In this document: one piece after another, positions 52,761-62,518 of the stretch
Layout: the number at the start of each line of letters is the position of its first letter
Numbering within the stretch: the stretch's first letter is position 1
Source of the DNA: a virus
Direction: 5' to 3' (one strand)
Virus record (IMG/VR): IMGVR_UViG_3300031673_000011
Coordinates: 22,567 to 86,566 of that record
Length of the DNA: 64,000 nucleotides
Made by a program: the position numbers and the translations under genes
The notes under the pieces: model-generated
Database searches by the model: none
The model's input: only the letters and a program-made list of their open reading frames with translations
What the model was told of the DNA's origin: nothing

Positions 52761-53606
52761 TCACAATAACTTTCTAATCTTCTTTTCATTTCTTGTCCTA
52801 ATATAGTGAAGTAATAATATTGATGAATAGTAAATTCTTTTAATTAAATTTATTTTCTTATTCAAATGTTTATGATCGTCCATAGTTTTATCTCTATAAA
52901 ATTCCTGTGTTCTTCTCTTTGCTACACTTATTGAATTTGGTTGTTCTCTATATTTTACTAAAAACTCTGGGAGATTTGTAAGATTCTTTTTCTTGTCCAA
53001 TGCTTCCAAATAAAAATTATAATCTGTTGCAGCAGGATATTCTTCATTATAATAAAAGCCTTCATTCCTATACATTATTGAAGAATTAACAATACTGCAA
53101 CTTTGTGGAAGTCTCCAAGCTAAAATCTTATAATTATTATATTTTCTAAATCTACGACTCTCATTTCCATTTTCATCTATATATATTGCTGAACTTCCTA
53201 CTAAAAAGATATGGGGATTCTTCTCTAAGAAATTAAATTCTTTTTTAAGTCTTTCTGGAAAAGAAATATCATCTGCATCCATATTAGCAATATACTTTCC
53301 CCTTGCAACTTTTAATCCTAAATTTCTTGTTTCAGAAACATTTAACTTTTTTTTGCTATCTATCAAAACTATTCTCCTGTCTATATTTTTATATTTCTTG
53401 ATAATATTTAATGAATTGTCTGTTGAACAATCATTAATTAATATAAATTCAAAATCCTTAAAAGTTTGATTTAACATAGATTGAATACATTCATCTAAAA
53501 ATTTCTCTGCATTATATACTGGAGTTAATATTGAAACCTTTGGAGACCTTACTATTTCTCTTTCTTCATCAATCCACCTTAAAGCAATTTTCTCTTTTTC
53601 ATTCAT
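52761..53606 (-). CDS. GT2 glycosyltransferase
   Basis: VSILTPVYN, INDCSTD, ARGKYIANMDADD. Confidence 0.93.
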   Translation of the reverse strand: MNEKEKIALRWIDEEREIVRSPKVSILTPVYNAEKFLDECIQSMLNQTFKDFEFILINDCSTDNSLNIIKKYKNIDRRIVLIDSKKKLNVSETRNLGLKVARGKYIANMDADDISFPERLKKEFNFLEKNPHIFLVGSSAIYIDENGNESRRFRKYNNYKILAWRLPQSCSIVNSSIMYRNEGFYYNEEYPAATDYNFYLEALDKKKNLTNLPEFLVKYREQPNSISVAKRRTQEFYRDKTMDDHKHLNKKINLIKRIYYSSILLLHYIRTRNEKKIRKLL

Positions 53607-53704
53607 ATTATTAGAATTTTATTTTACCTTAATAACTTCAACATAACCCCATTTATAAACCTTTCTAATCACTGAGAAGTGGTAACAAAAGTATGTTCTT
53701 ATAA

Positions 53705-53887
53705 TTATTTCTTTTTCCCTTTCTTTCTATAAGACTTAATTTTTATTTTGGGAATAGTCATCTCCAATAATTCCTGTGGAGTTATCCTTCTTTTTTTTAA
53801 CTGCCTTGCTTTTAGACAAAATGAAATTTGTTGTGTACGACTATTCTTAGTGGCAGTTACCATATCTTTCAACCTTATTTCTTTCAT
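53705..53887 (-). CDS. small basic protein (possibly AbrB-like)
   Basis: GGAG RBS; NSRTQQISFCL segment. Confidence 0.55.
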   Translation of the reverse strand: MKEIRLKDMVTATKNSRTQQISFCLKARQLKKRRITPQELLEMTIPKIKIKSYRKKGKKK

Positions 53888-53906
53888 TTTCTTTTATTAC
53901 TCCTAT

Positions 53907-54029
53907 TTATTTTTTCTTATAAGTTTTTTTTGCTTGTTTTGCTGCACTTATTCCTTTAAATTCTGGATGTTCCTTTCTAAATTTAGCAAGGTGAATCATC
54001 CACGGATTCAATTTTCTTTTTTGTACCAT
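53907..54029 (-). CDS. small basic HMG-like DNA-binding protein (40 aa)
   Basis: NPWMIHLAKFRKEHP...AKKTYK; fills the gap in the operon; not in the ORF track. Confidence 0.6.
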   Translation of the reverse strand: MVQKRKLNPWMIHLAKFRKEHPEFKGISAAKQAKKTYKKK

Positions 54030-54037
54030 ATTGTTTT

Positions 54038-54624
54038 TTACCCCCTTTTCTTTTTTAAATTATGTATTTTAATTTTCTTTGTTTTAGCAATAGCATATCC
54101 AATACTTTCTACTTCTTTCAAATCATATTCCTTTCCATACTTCTTTTGAAACTTCTTTGGAACTTTCTTCCCTAAGTATTGTTTCTTTACTGCTTTTTGC
54201 AATTTTTTAAATTTTCTTGTTTGTGGCATCTTTATTTCTTTCCTCCTTTTTTCTTTTCTTTCTTTAAAGGTTTTCCAATTTTCTTTAAAGGTCTTTTAAC
54301 TAAAGGTTTTTTAACTAAAGGTTTTTTAACCAAAGGCTTTTCAAACCCCTTCAATTGATTTCCTATTGCTAATAATCTTTCTTCAAAAACTTCCTTTTGC
54401 TTTTTTAAAAGTTCTATCTGTTCTTCATTTGAAAATTCTTTTGGTTGAATATTAAATCTAAATCCTCTTTCAAAACCTTTACCAAATCTACCAAAACCTC
54501 CACCAAAATTTCCACAGAACATTCTACTAAATTCAGAGGATTCAGTAGGAACTTCGAAATTTATACAAAATCCTTGTCTAGTCATTGGAACTTTTCTTTC
54601 TGGTTCTTTTTTATCTAAATTCAT
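54038..54624 (-). other. two basic ORFs (54038-54229; 54232-54624 with KKPLV repeats)
   Basis: ORF track, GGAGGT RBS. Confidence 0.65.
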
Positions 54625-54754
54625 TTTTATTCTTTACCTCCTTTTTATTTTATTAATAAAATATAAAATATAATTTCTATGTAATCTACTTTCTTTTAAG
54701 AAGCCACAACTTAATAAAATTGAAAGTTATAGCTTCTTAATTTTTAAAGTATTA

Positions 54755-57700
54755 TTACTTTGTTTTCTTTTTAGGTCTACCTTTTTTCTTTGCCATATTC
54801 GTTTTTTTCCTCCTTTTAATTTGATTATTTGTTGGTTGTTTGAAAAATCCTAGTTGTGATTTCTTCATCTTAGCTATTCCTCCAGCATATGATATTTCTT
54901 CTTTCTCTCCAGGAGTTAATATTCTTAATAATTTCTTTTGAACCATTACACCTTTTTCTTTTCCAGGTCTAAATAAAACTTTTCTGTATGGACTTAACTT
55001 TGCTCCTGTCCTTACAACTTTCTTTCCCTCTTTCGCTTTAACAATTCTATAAGATGCTGCTGCTTCACCCAATACTTTTTCTTGAGCTCTTGCTTCTGCT
55101 CCCATTTCTGTAGCAAATGCAAAAGGTATCTCAGCCCTTTCCCATTTTCCTTTTCTCCTTACTTCATAAGTATATCCTATTTCTGGAACTGGCTTTCTTA
55201 TTTTTGATGGTGTTATTGCTTTCTTCCAAAGCCTAGGAAATATTCTTGGAGGTCTTAATTTTGGTATTGGTCTAGGAACTTGTCTAGGAATTTGGATTGG
55301 TCTTAGGATTGGAAATTGTCTTATAGTTTCCCTTGGAACTTGGACTTCTCTAGAAACTAATAATTCTCTTGGAATTAATCTTTCTTTAGGGACTAATCTT
55401 TCTCTTGGAATTAATAACCCACGAAGTTCCTCTCTTGGAATTTGAATTTCTTTAATCTCCATTCTTCCAACTCTCTTTAATCCTAAATCAGTTTCATATT
55501 TAAATCTTTCACCAACTTTTGGAACTGAAATTAATTTTATTTTTTCTCTGGTAATTATAGGAGCCTCTGTAGGAATTTCTGTAAGAGCTTCTGTAGGAGT
55601 CCCCAAACCAACTCTTTCAGTTGGTAAAATTACAGATGGTTTAATAACTGATGGCATACGCATTGCTGGAATTTCTGCAACTTCATAAGTTCCAGCACCC
55701 CAATATTCACTTGTAACTTCTCCAGCTCCTCCAACCATTCTAGGAATTCCAATAAGTCCTATTTCAGAAACTGGCTTTGCGATAGTTTTAACTTTCTCTA
55801 TTTTTTCTGGATAAAATTTAACTTTTGAAGGAACTTTTCTTAAAAGTTGTTCTCTTAATATATCCTTCTGAGAAATAACTTGTTTCATTTCAAATGCTTG
55901 CTTTCCATCTACTACTTCTGGAACTACTGAAAATGGAGTTCTCTCTGGTGCTCTTGGTTTTTTAATTTTAGTAGAAGGAAATCCTTTTGGTTCTTTAATT
56001 TCAGGTACTCTCATTTGAAAAGGTGCAACCCCTCTTGATTTTCCAACTGTAAGAACAGTATAAGGTTGTTCTACAAATTCTCTTACCTTTAATGCAAGTT
56101 CTGGTTTATTTTTCTGTAATTGTAAAGTAAACTCTTTAACATTATCAACAACCTTCCCATCTTTTATAATTTCTACAATTCTTTGTTTTTCTGTAGACCT
56201 TCCTTTTTCAAATAATGCTTTTAATTCTTCTTTTGAATATTCTCCCCTAATTAACTTTCCAAGTTCTTCTTCTGTACTTTTCTTTAAGAAATCTATTGAC
56301 TTAGCTCTTTCAAAAGGAGCTAATTCCCTATATTCAACTTCAGATATTCTTATTGAAATACCATCTTCTAACTTTATGACTTTAGATTTTCCAATCTTAG
56401 CCATTGTTGAACCAGGTTGTTTTAATGGTGAATCATAACTAACATAAACATCCCCAGCTAGTGTCTTAATTCTTCTAACTCTTTTTCTTGCTTCTTTAAT
56501 TACATCTATCTTAAAAAGCTTTGGAGCTTCTTTCATAGTAGTCACTATTTGAAATTCTGTAGTTGATTTAAGCGGTTTTCCTCTAACTCCTTTTTGATAT
56601 AAAAATTTAAATTGTTTTGCAATGCTTTTTCCCTTAATACCAGCTCCAACTATTTCTAATTGAGCTTTACTCTTACCAATCCAAGGAGAATATTTTAAGG
56701 AAGGAACTTCTACCACTTTAGGTATATCTCCTAAGCTTCCTTTCATTAATAAAAACTTTTCTGGAAGCTGCATTGTTAAATCAACTCTTCCCTTAGAAAC
56801 ATCTTTTAATAATTTAATTTCCCTTTCTGTTAATACAGAAACTTGCATTTTATCAATTAATTTAGATAAAATATTCTTTTCACTACCAGTCAATTTTAAA
56901 CCCTTTGTAACTTCTTTAAAATTAATGTTTGTTGTTTGTGGTAATTGTTTTCCAGTTAAAGGATCTCTACCAACTTCTCCCCTAGTATATTTAAATCTTT
57001 CTTCTGCAATTTTTGCTGTTTCTTTTTCTATTTTTATAAGCTCTTCTTGAGATTTACCAATATCTTTTAAATGTTTTTCCCAATTACTTTCAGTCATTCC
57101 AAGATATTTTGCCCTTGGAATAGCTGTCTTCTTAATAAATTTTGCTCCTTTAACAGCACCAATTGTTCCTAAGAAAGCCAAACTTATTCCTGCTCCAACT
57201 GCTCCTTCTGTTTTAACTTGTTCAATTATTCCTGGAAGATATTCTGCTTCTAATTCTTTTCTTGTCATTTTATCTTCTAACTCATAACCTTCCTCCAATG
57301 TCTTTTTTGATTCATCATATTCTTTTGAATAAGGTTTCCATACTTCTTCTTCAAATATTCTTTCAGCTTCTTTTTCAGGATGTTTAAATGCTTGAACTCC
57401 TTCAGCAACTTCGGAAACCATATAAGTTGGTCCAACAACTGGAACAGCATAAGTTAAACCTTTAATTGCTGTTTCAAAACCCATTCCAACTTGTTCTTTA
57501 GTAATTGGAATAACCTTTCCAGCATCTATTGCATCTGCCCATGCTTGAGTTCCTTTTTTTGGTTTTACTTCATATTCTCCACCAATCCACTTACCTGGCC
57601 AACTCTTCTTTGGAATATTTTTAAGAGTAGTTTCATAAATATCTTCCCATCCTTCAGCAGCCGTTTCAGCAACCCACTCAACACCTTTTGCAAGAAGTCC

Positions 57701-58810
57701 TGCTGCTTCTAAATAAGTAACACCTGTTGTTGGAACCTCTTCAACACCCAGCTTTTTCCAAACAAAACGTGGAATGGGTAATGGAATTTCTTCTTCAATT
57801 CCAGGGATCTTTGATACAAGTTCTCCAGCTTTTCTTAAAACTGGTTTAAGTGTTCTTTCATAACTTCCTCTTTCTTGAGCTGCTTGTATTTCTTTCTGCT
57901 CTTCAAAAGTTGGTTGCCTCATTATAGCAGTTCCTCCAACACCCAAACCATAAGGAGCTATTTGGTATGTTTTTGTTTTAGGGCTATAAATTTCAGGTCT
58001 CCTTTCAAATTCTTTTATGTCTCTATATTCTTTAACTACACTTGTAACTCTTTCTCCAAAAGTTGGTTTAATTATTTGCCTAGCATATTCCGGGGTAAAG
58101 GTAACTCCTCCTCTTGCTAAACTTGCTGTTGCTAATTTTTGTGCTTGAGAAGAAGTATATCCTAAATCTTTATAACGTTGTGTTTCAAATTGTTGCTGTT
58201 CAATTTTAGGTTGGGTATATTTTTCATAAATAACTTTTGCTGTTGAAGTTCGGTATAATTGAGAAGGATCAAATGATGGAAGTGATGGAGCACCAACTAT
58301 TTTTGTTCCTGCTGGAATATTTACTTGTGCCATTGACATTCCTATTCCTTCAGGAGAAATATACGAACTAGTAACAGGATCGTAAGTTCCTGGTGCTTGA
58401 GCTGCAATTCTTGCTCCATAATCAGCACCTGCCAATTTTATGGCAGACGGTGCAGTTGGAACTGCTACTGCCTTACCTTGAGCATATGCAATATCCTTCA
58501 TAGCCAGTTCCCTATTTTTATATAATTTATCAATTTTTCTTCCGACAGAACTTCTTGGATCATATCTTTTATGTTGGGTGAAAATTTTTTCTGCTTGTCT
58601 CCATTCAGCACTTTCTTGAACTGCTCTATTATATGCTGCTAAATCTGCTTCGTATTTCTTTTGTGCTGCAATATCTGCTTGAGAAACTTGTTGTGGTTGA
58701 ACTGCTGCTTCTGTAATTTTATATTGAGAAATAGCTTTTTGAGCTTCTTGTTTTCTTTTTAATAATTCTGCTATTCCTGATTTTTGTAGGAGTTGTGATA
58801 TTGATACCAT
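54755..58810 (-). CDS. 1351-aa protein, probable virion/internal protein
   Basis: Long ORF, central hydrophobic segments, (I/V)PRE/PRQ-rich C-terminus. Confidence 0.8.
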   Translation of the reverse strand: MVSISQLLQKSGIAELLKRKQEAQKAISQYKITEAAVQPQQVSQADIAAQKKYEADLAAYNRAVQESAEWRQAEKIFTQHKRYDPRSSVGRKIDKLYKNRELAMKDIAYAQGKAVAVPTAPSAIKLAGADYGARIAAQAPGTYDPVTSSYISPEGIGMSMAQVNIPAGTKIVGAPSLPSFDPSQLYRTSTAKVIYEKYTQPKIEQQQFETQRYKDLGYTSSQAQKLATASLARGGVTFTPEYARQIIKPTFGERVTSVVKEYRDIKEFERRPEIYSPKTKTYQIAPYGLGVGGTAIMRQPTFEEQKEIQAAQERGSYERTLKPVLRKAGELVSKIPGIEEEIPLPIPRFVWKKLGVEEVPTTGVTYLEAAGLLAKGVEWVAETAAEGWEDIYETTLKNIPKKSWPGKWIGGEYEVKPKKGTQAWADAIDAGKVIPITKEQVGMGFETAIKGLTYAVPVVGPTYMVSEVAEGVQAFKHPEKEAERIFEEEVWKPYSKEYDESKKTLEEGYELEDKMTRKELEAEYLPGIIEQVKTEGAVGAGISLAFLGTIGAVKGAKFIKKTAIPRAKYLGMTESNWEKHLKDIGKSQEELIKIEKETAKIAEERFKYTRGEVGRDPLTGKQLPQTTNINFKEVTKGLKLTGSEKNILSKLIDKMQVSVLTEREIKLLKDVSKGRVDLTMQLPEKFLLMKGSLGDIPKVVEVPSLKYSPWIGKSKAQLEIVGAGIKGKSIAKQFKFLYQKGVRGKPLKSTTEFQIVTTMKEAPKLFKIDVIKEARKRVRRIKTLAGDVYVSYDSPLKQPGSTMAKIGKSKVIKLEDGISIRISEVEYRELAPFERAKSIDFLKKSTEEELGKLIRGEYSKEELKALFEKGRSTEKQRIVEIIKDGKVVDNVKEFTLQLQKNKPELALKVREFVEQPYTVLTVGKSRGVAPFQMRVPEIKEPKGFPSTKIKKPRAPERTPFSVVPEVVDGKQAFEMKQVISQKDILREQLLRKVPSKVKFYPEKIEKVKTIAKPVSEIGLIGIPRMVGGAGEVTSEYWGAGTYEVAEIPAMRMPSVIKPSVILPTERVGLGTPTEALTEIPTEAPIITREKIKLISVPKVGERFKYETDLGLKRVGRMEIKEIQIPREELRGLLIPRERLVPKERLIPRELLVSREVQVPRETIRQFPILRPIQIPRQVPRPIPKLRPPRIFPRLWKKAITPSKIRKPVPEIGYTYEVRRKGKWERAEIPFAFATEMGAEARAQEKVLGEAAASYRIVKAKEGKKVVRTGAKLSPYRKVLFRPGKEKGVMVQKKLLRILTPGEKEEISYAGGIAKMKKSQLGFFKQPTNNQIKRRKKTNMAKKKGRPKKKTK

Positions 58811-58833
58811 ATTATTTTAAATTTACACAAGAA

Positions 58834-59241
58834 TTATCTAAGTCTTTTCAACCCTTTTGCCATTGTTCTTGAATGAAGACGAGTTCTTCCTTGAAAAGGC
58901 ATACATGGAATACCAATCACTGGTTTTTGAACTACTAATCCAATTGGTTGAAAAATTGGTAATGGAAGTAATTCTTTACTGCTATCATAAGCAGTTAATA
59001 AACCCAAACGTCTTTTTTCTTCAGCTTGAAGGTCTGCATTATATTTATCAATTCTTGCTAAATTTAATTGTAAATCTTTTTGTTGTTGCGAAATCTTTTG
59101 CTGATATACTCGTTGTTGCTGTCTTTCAACACGATCCATTAATGGTCTTGAACCATGAAGCTGCATGGCACTTGGCTGAGAAAACTTAATTTTATTTAAT
59201 TCTCCTACTTGGCTAACAATCTTGTCTCTTGTTTCTAACAT
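58834..59241 (-). CDS. hypothetical coiled-coil protein
   Basis: Likely start MLETRDK at 59241, downstream of class-B promoter 59275-59291. Confidence 0.65.
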   Translation of the reverse strand: MLETRDKIVSQVGELNKIKFSQPSAMQLHGSRPLMDRVERQQQRVYQQKISQQQKDLQLNLARIDKYNADLQAEEKRRLGLLTAYDSSKELLPLPIFQPIGLVVQKPVIGIPCMPFQGRTRLHSRTMAKGLKRLR

Positions 59242-59354
59242 TTTTTTATTACTGGTAGAATTAATAGTCCACAATATATAAATGTTTGTGATTTGAAATA
59301 ATTTTAGAATTTTTGTAATTATGAGTAGTAATAACACTTCACACATAAAAAATA

Positions 59355-60035
59355 TTAATTTTGTAGAAATTTATTTCCTTTACTTCTATTTTTGGACTTT
59401 AATAACCATTGATGATTCTCTGGTTCAAAAGCCCATTTAATTTCTTTAGGATTATCTAAATCAAATCTACTTAAAGGCATAATGTGATCCACATCATAAT
59501 TTTTAATATCTTTTGGAAATGGTTTTAAATGTTCTATTATTTTTTTATAATCTATACCATATTTTTTAGAAGGCATTATCTTTCCTGTTGTTGAATATAA
59601 TTTTAATGCCCTATTTAAAGTGCTTCTTAAATCAATTATCAATTTGTAATTAATATCATTGCTTCTTCTATCTTTAATATAAGTTTTCATATAGATATTC
59701 ATATACTCTTTTCTTTCTGGTTTCTTTTGATAAGTTCTCATGTATTCACTTTTTCTTTTTTTTACTTCTGGTCTTTGAGAATATTCTTTCTTCCTAGCTT
59801 TAACTTCTGGTCTTTGTTGATATTCTTTCTTTCTTGCAATAACTTCTGGTCTTTGATTATATTCTTTTAAGTATGCTTTTCTTTTTGGTCCCTTAACATA
59901 TCCTTTAGCATACTCCTTTTCTTTTTCCTTAAATTCTGGTATCTTCCTACATTCTTTCATATATAAGCTATGATAACACTTTTTACATAGACTTTTACAA
60001 AAAACATCATTTATCCCACAAACTCTACATTTCAT
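59355..60035 (-). CDS. RPEVK-repeat protein with C-terminal HNH/endonuclease VII-like domain
   Basis: CRVC..CKKC, repeats, DVDHIMPLSRFDL..F...NHQWL....NRSKGN. Confidence 0.82.
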   Translation of the reverse strand: MKCRVCGINDVFCKSLCKKCYHSLYMKECRKIPEFKEKEKEYAKGYVKGPKRKAYLKEYNQRPEVIARKKEYQQRPEVKARKKEYSQRPEVKKRKSEYMRTYQKKPERKEYMNIYMKTYIKDRRSNDINYKLIIDLRSTLNRALKLYSTTGKIMPSKKYGIDYKKIIEHLKPFPKDIKNYDVDHIMPLSRFDLDNPKEIKWAFEPENHQWLLKSKNRSKGNKFLQN

Positions 60036-60217
60036 TTTCCCATTGGAATAATCATTATGATTGCTTCTGGTATTACAGAAATAGATAATCCATCTTCTGA
60101 AACAAAATTAACAGACTGCTTAGTTACAGAAACTATTTTAGCCCTATACCAAAAGTTATTAGAAAGAGTTATTTTTACTTTCTGACCTTCATACTGACTT
60201 ACTGATTCGTAATCCAT
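60032..60217 (-). CDS. Sm/LSm-like small protein
   Basis: GQKVKITLSN..WY.AKIVSV....V.F....G..ISV; class-A promoter at 60244-60280. Confidence 0.55.
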   Translation of the reverse strand: MDYESVSQYEGQKVKITLSNNFWYRAKIVSVTKQSVNFVSEDGLSISVIPEAIIMIIPMGK

Positions 60218-60293
60218 TTTAATTACTTATATTAAGAAATTAACCTTTATAAATCTTTCTAACCCCTATATAGTAGTAACAAAATAAAAGGCC

Positions 60294-61236
60294 TTAATTA
60301 AAAGGCCAATTATTTTGCTTTTCTGCTAAATACTGTCTCACAGCTTTTTCAACCTTTACAGAATACAAATCTTCGAGATCATGTAAAAACAAAGTTAAAT
60401 TTGTATAATCACTAAGATTGATAACCCTTGTACAATTATCAGGAGCATAGCTTCCACTAGTCTTTGGAGTAATTTTAATTTGTGTTTTTTTACCCCTTCG
60501 CTTATAAATCAAAAGATACTCTCCAGCCATTTTACCTAGAAACTAAAAAAATCACAACCCCTACTACTATAACCCCGAGAATTATCAGCACTGTTTTATT
60601 AATTGCTATTTTTTTCTTTGCAGCACCAACTATTGCTTGCATTGCAGCTTTAATAATAAACTCATCTGAATCCGTTGAGTCTCCCCTCGCTTTAATTTCA
60701 TCGTAATCAAGATTGCTTATTGGTCTTCTATCAATTTCTTTTATACAAAGGCATTGATATTTTCCTAATCTCCAAAATGCTCTTGGGTCAACTTCATGTG
60801 GTCTATTTCTTATTATAACCATATCCGAAGCATAGAGTGGATGAAGTTTTGGAGGTTCAATTATCCCTTTCCTATTAAAGTACCAAACAAGAATTTCTTT
60901 CCCCTTCTTATTTGCAAGTTTCATAACTCTTCTCCATTTAAAAGGAAACTTAAATCCCCTTTTCTTTTTCATAAACTCTTGGGTATGTTTTATTTTATCT
61001 CCAAACTTTTGTTCAAAAAGTATTCTATTCAATTTCTTATTTGGAGTCAAACTAATATCTGGTTTTTTTCCAACTAAATTAGAATAAATTAAATTAACCT
61101 TTTGATTTTGACTAAAATTTTTCATATCAATCAAAAATTCTTTTGTTAAATTTTTAATGCTTCTATCTAAACTTTCTTCATTCATTGTTCTTGACCTTGT
61201 ATCCGTGAATCTTCTTTTTCTGAAAATATTCGCCAT
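60294..61236 (-). other. two hypothetical ORFs (60294-60530; 60532-61236 with C-terminal TM)
   Basis: ORF track. Confidence 0.65.
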
Positions 61237-61880
61237 TTAGATTTTTTATTAAATTGTGGAAGGTTTGATACACTTGAAGAAGAATCTCTTGAGGCATACC
61301 TTTTTGAAGTAATGAATAATTCACTGAACCATCCTAATTTACTCATCGCTGTATCTGTTATTACTCTTGATTGTTTTCTAAAAAACTTAGCTACTCCAGG
61401 ATGATGAAACGTTTCTGCTATTAAAGCAATTCTCTCACAATCTCTAACACTTAAATTCCAATTTCCAAGTTCTACTTTATCTAAATTACTTACTTTCTTT
61501 GAATCTGGTTTCGCAAGAACATCTTTAAATAAACCATAAATTCCTCCTGGAGATACTGATTCACTCCCTCCTGCTTCAGCTTCCCAATTCCCATCATCTA
61601 CATTGTCTTCATCTCTAGAATATCCTTCTTCGGGATATTCTCCTTGGGGATATTCTTCTGGATACTCCCCTTGATATTCTCCTTGGGGATATTCTTCTTG
61701 AGGATATCCTTCTTCTAAATATTCATCTTGAGGGTATTCCCCTTGAGGGTATTCCCCTTGAGGGTATTCCCTGTTAATATATCTCTCATTAGATTTTATA
61801 AAAGTTCTTCTAGGAATACCTACATTAAGAACATTCTTTTTCTCAATTCCATGTTCAACCTTTTCTTTCTTTCCTTCCAT
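61182..61880 (-). CDS. protein with acidic EYPQG pentapeptide repeats
   Basis: 15-nt tandem repeats at 61620-61771. Confidence 0.75.
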   Translation of the reverse strand: MEGKKEKVEHGIEKKNVLNVGIPRRTFIKSNERYINREYPQGEYPQGEYPQDEYLEEGYPQEEYPQGEYQGEYPEEYPQGEYPEEGYSRDEDNVDDGNWEAEAGGSESVSPGGIYGLFKDVLAKPDSKKVSNLDKVELGNWNLSVRDCERIALIAETFHHPGVAKFFRKQSRVITDTAMSKLGWFSELFITSKRYASRDSSSSVSNLPQFNKKSKWRIFSEKEDSRIQGQEQ

Positions 61881-61918
61881 ATTTCTTATCTTAACCCCCT
61901 TTCATCTATATAAAACAT

Positions 61919-62518
61919 TTATTCTTCTTCATTTGATATAAACCATTCATATGCAGAAGAAAACATAAAGATAATTCCTAATCCTAAAAGAGATATTGCA
62001 ATACCTCTTGTATACAAATTTGCAACATCACAAAGTCCATAAATCATAGCATACATTCCAGCTAATATAAGTAGTATAGAACCTATAAATCCAAGAGGTG
62101 GGATTTTAAGACCAATACCCAATCCAACAAAGAGAAAGGCAAGGACCCCTAAAAAAATTAAGACTCCTAATTTTCCTGAAGGATTAACTTCAAAACAAAA
62201 TGTTTCCGTAGCCAATGTTCCATCTTTATCTCCTGCAACATAATAAAAATAATCTCCATTAGTTTCTATATAAAAAGGATAATCATACATTCTTCCATTC
62301 TTAGTCATATTTACATCAATATATAATTTTGAAGAATTTGGATACATTATTGAATCTAATGTTACATAAGAACAAGTATCACATATTTGACTTAGATTAA
62401 TCTCTGTTCCTGATTTGAATGTTCCAAGCATAGTGCAGTCTTGAATAGCAGAAGCAAAGCTAATTAAAAACAATCCTAAAAGCATTATTAATAAAAATTT
62501 ATTATTTTTCATTTTCAT
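61919..62518 (-). CDS. exported protein with three C-terminal TM helices (virion envelope-like)
   Basis: Signal peptide, Cys-containing beta domain, TM cluster. Confidence 0.7.
   Translation of the reverse strand: MKMKNNKFLLIMLLGLFLISFASAIQDCTMLGTFKSGTEINLSQICDTCSYVTLDSIMYPNSSKLYIDVNMTKNGRMYDYPFYIETNGDYFYYVAGDKDGTLATETFCFEVNPSGKLGVLIFLGVLAFLFVGLGIGLKIPPLGFIGSILLILAGMYAMIYGLCDVANLYTRGIAISLLGLGIIFMFSSAYEWFISNEEE

Noticed and set aside
59242-59346. N-terminal extension of ORF 58834-59346
   Set aside because: It spans the class-B promoter; the real start is more likely 59241
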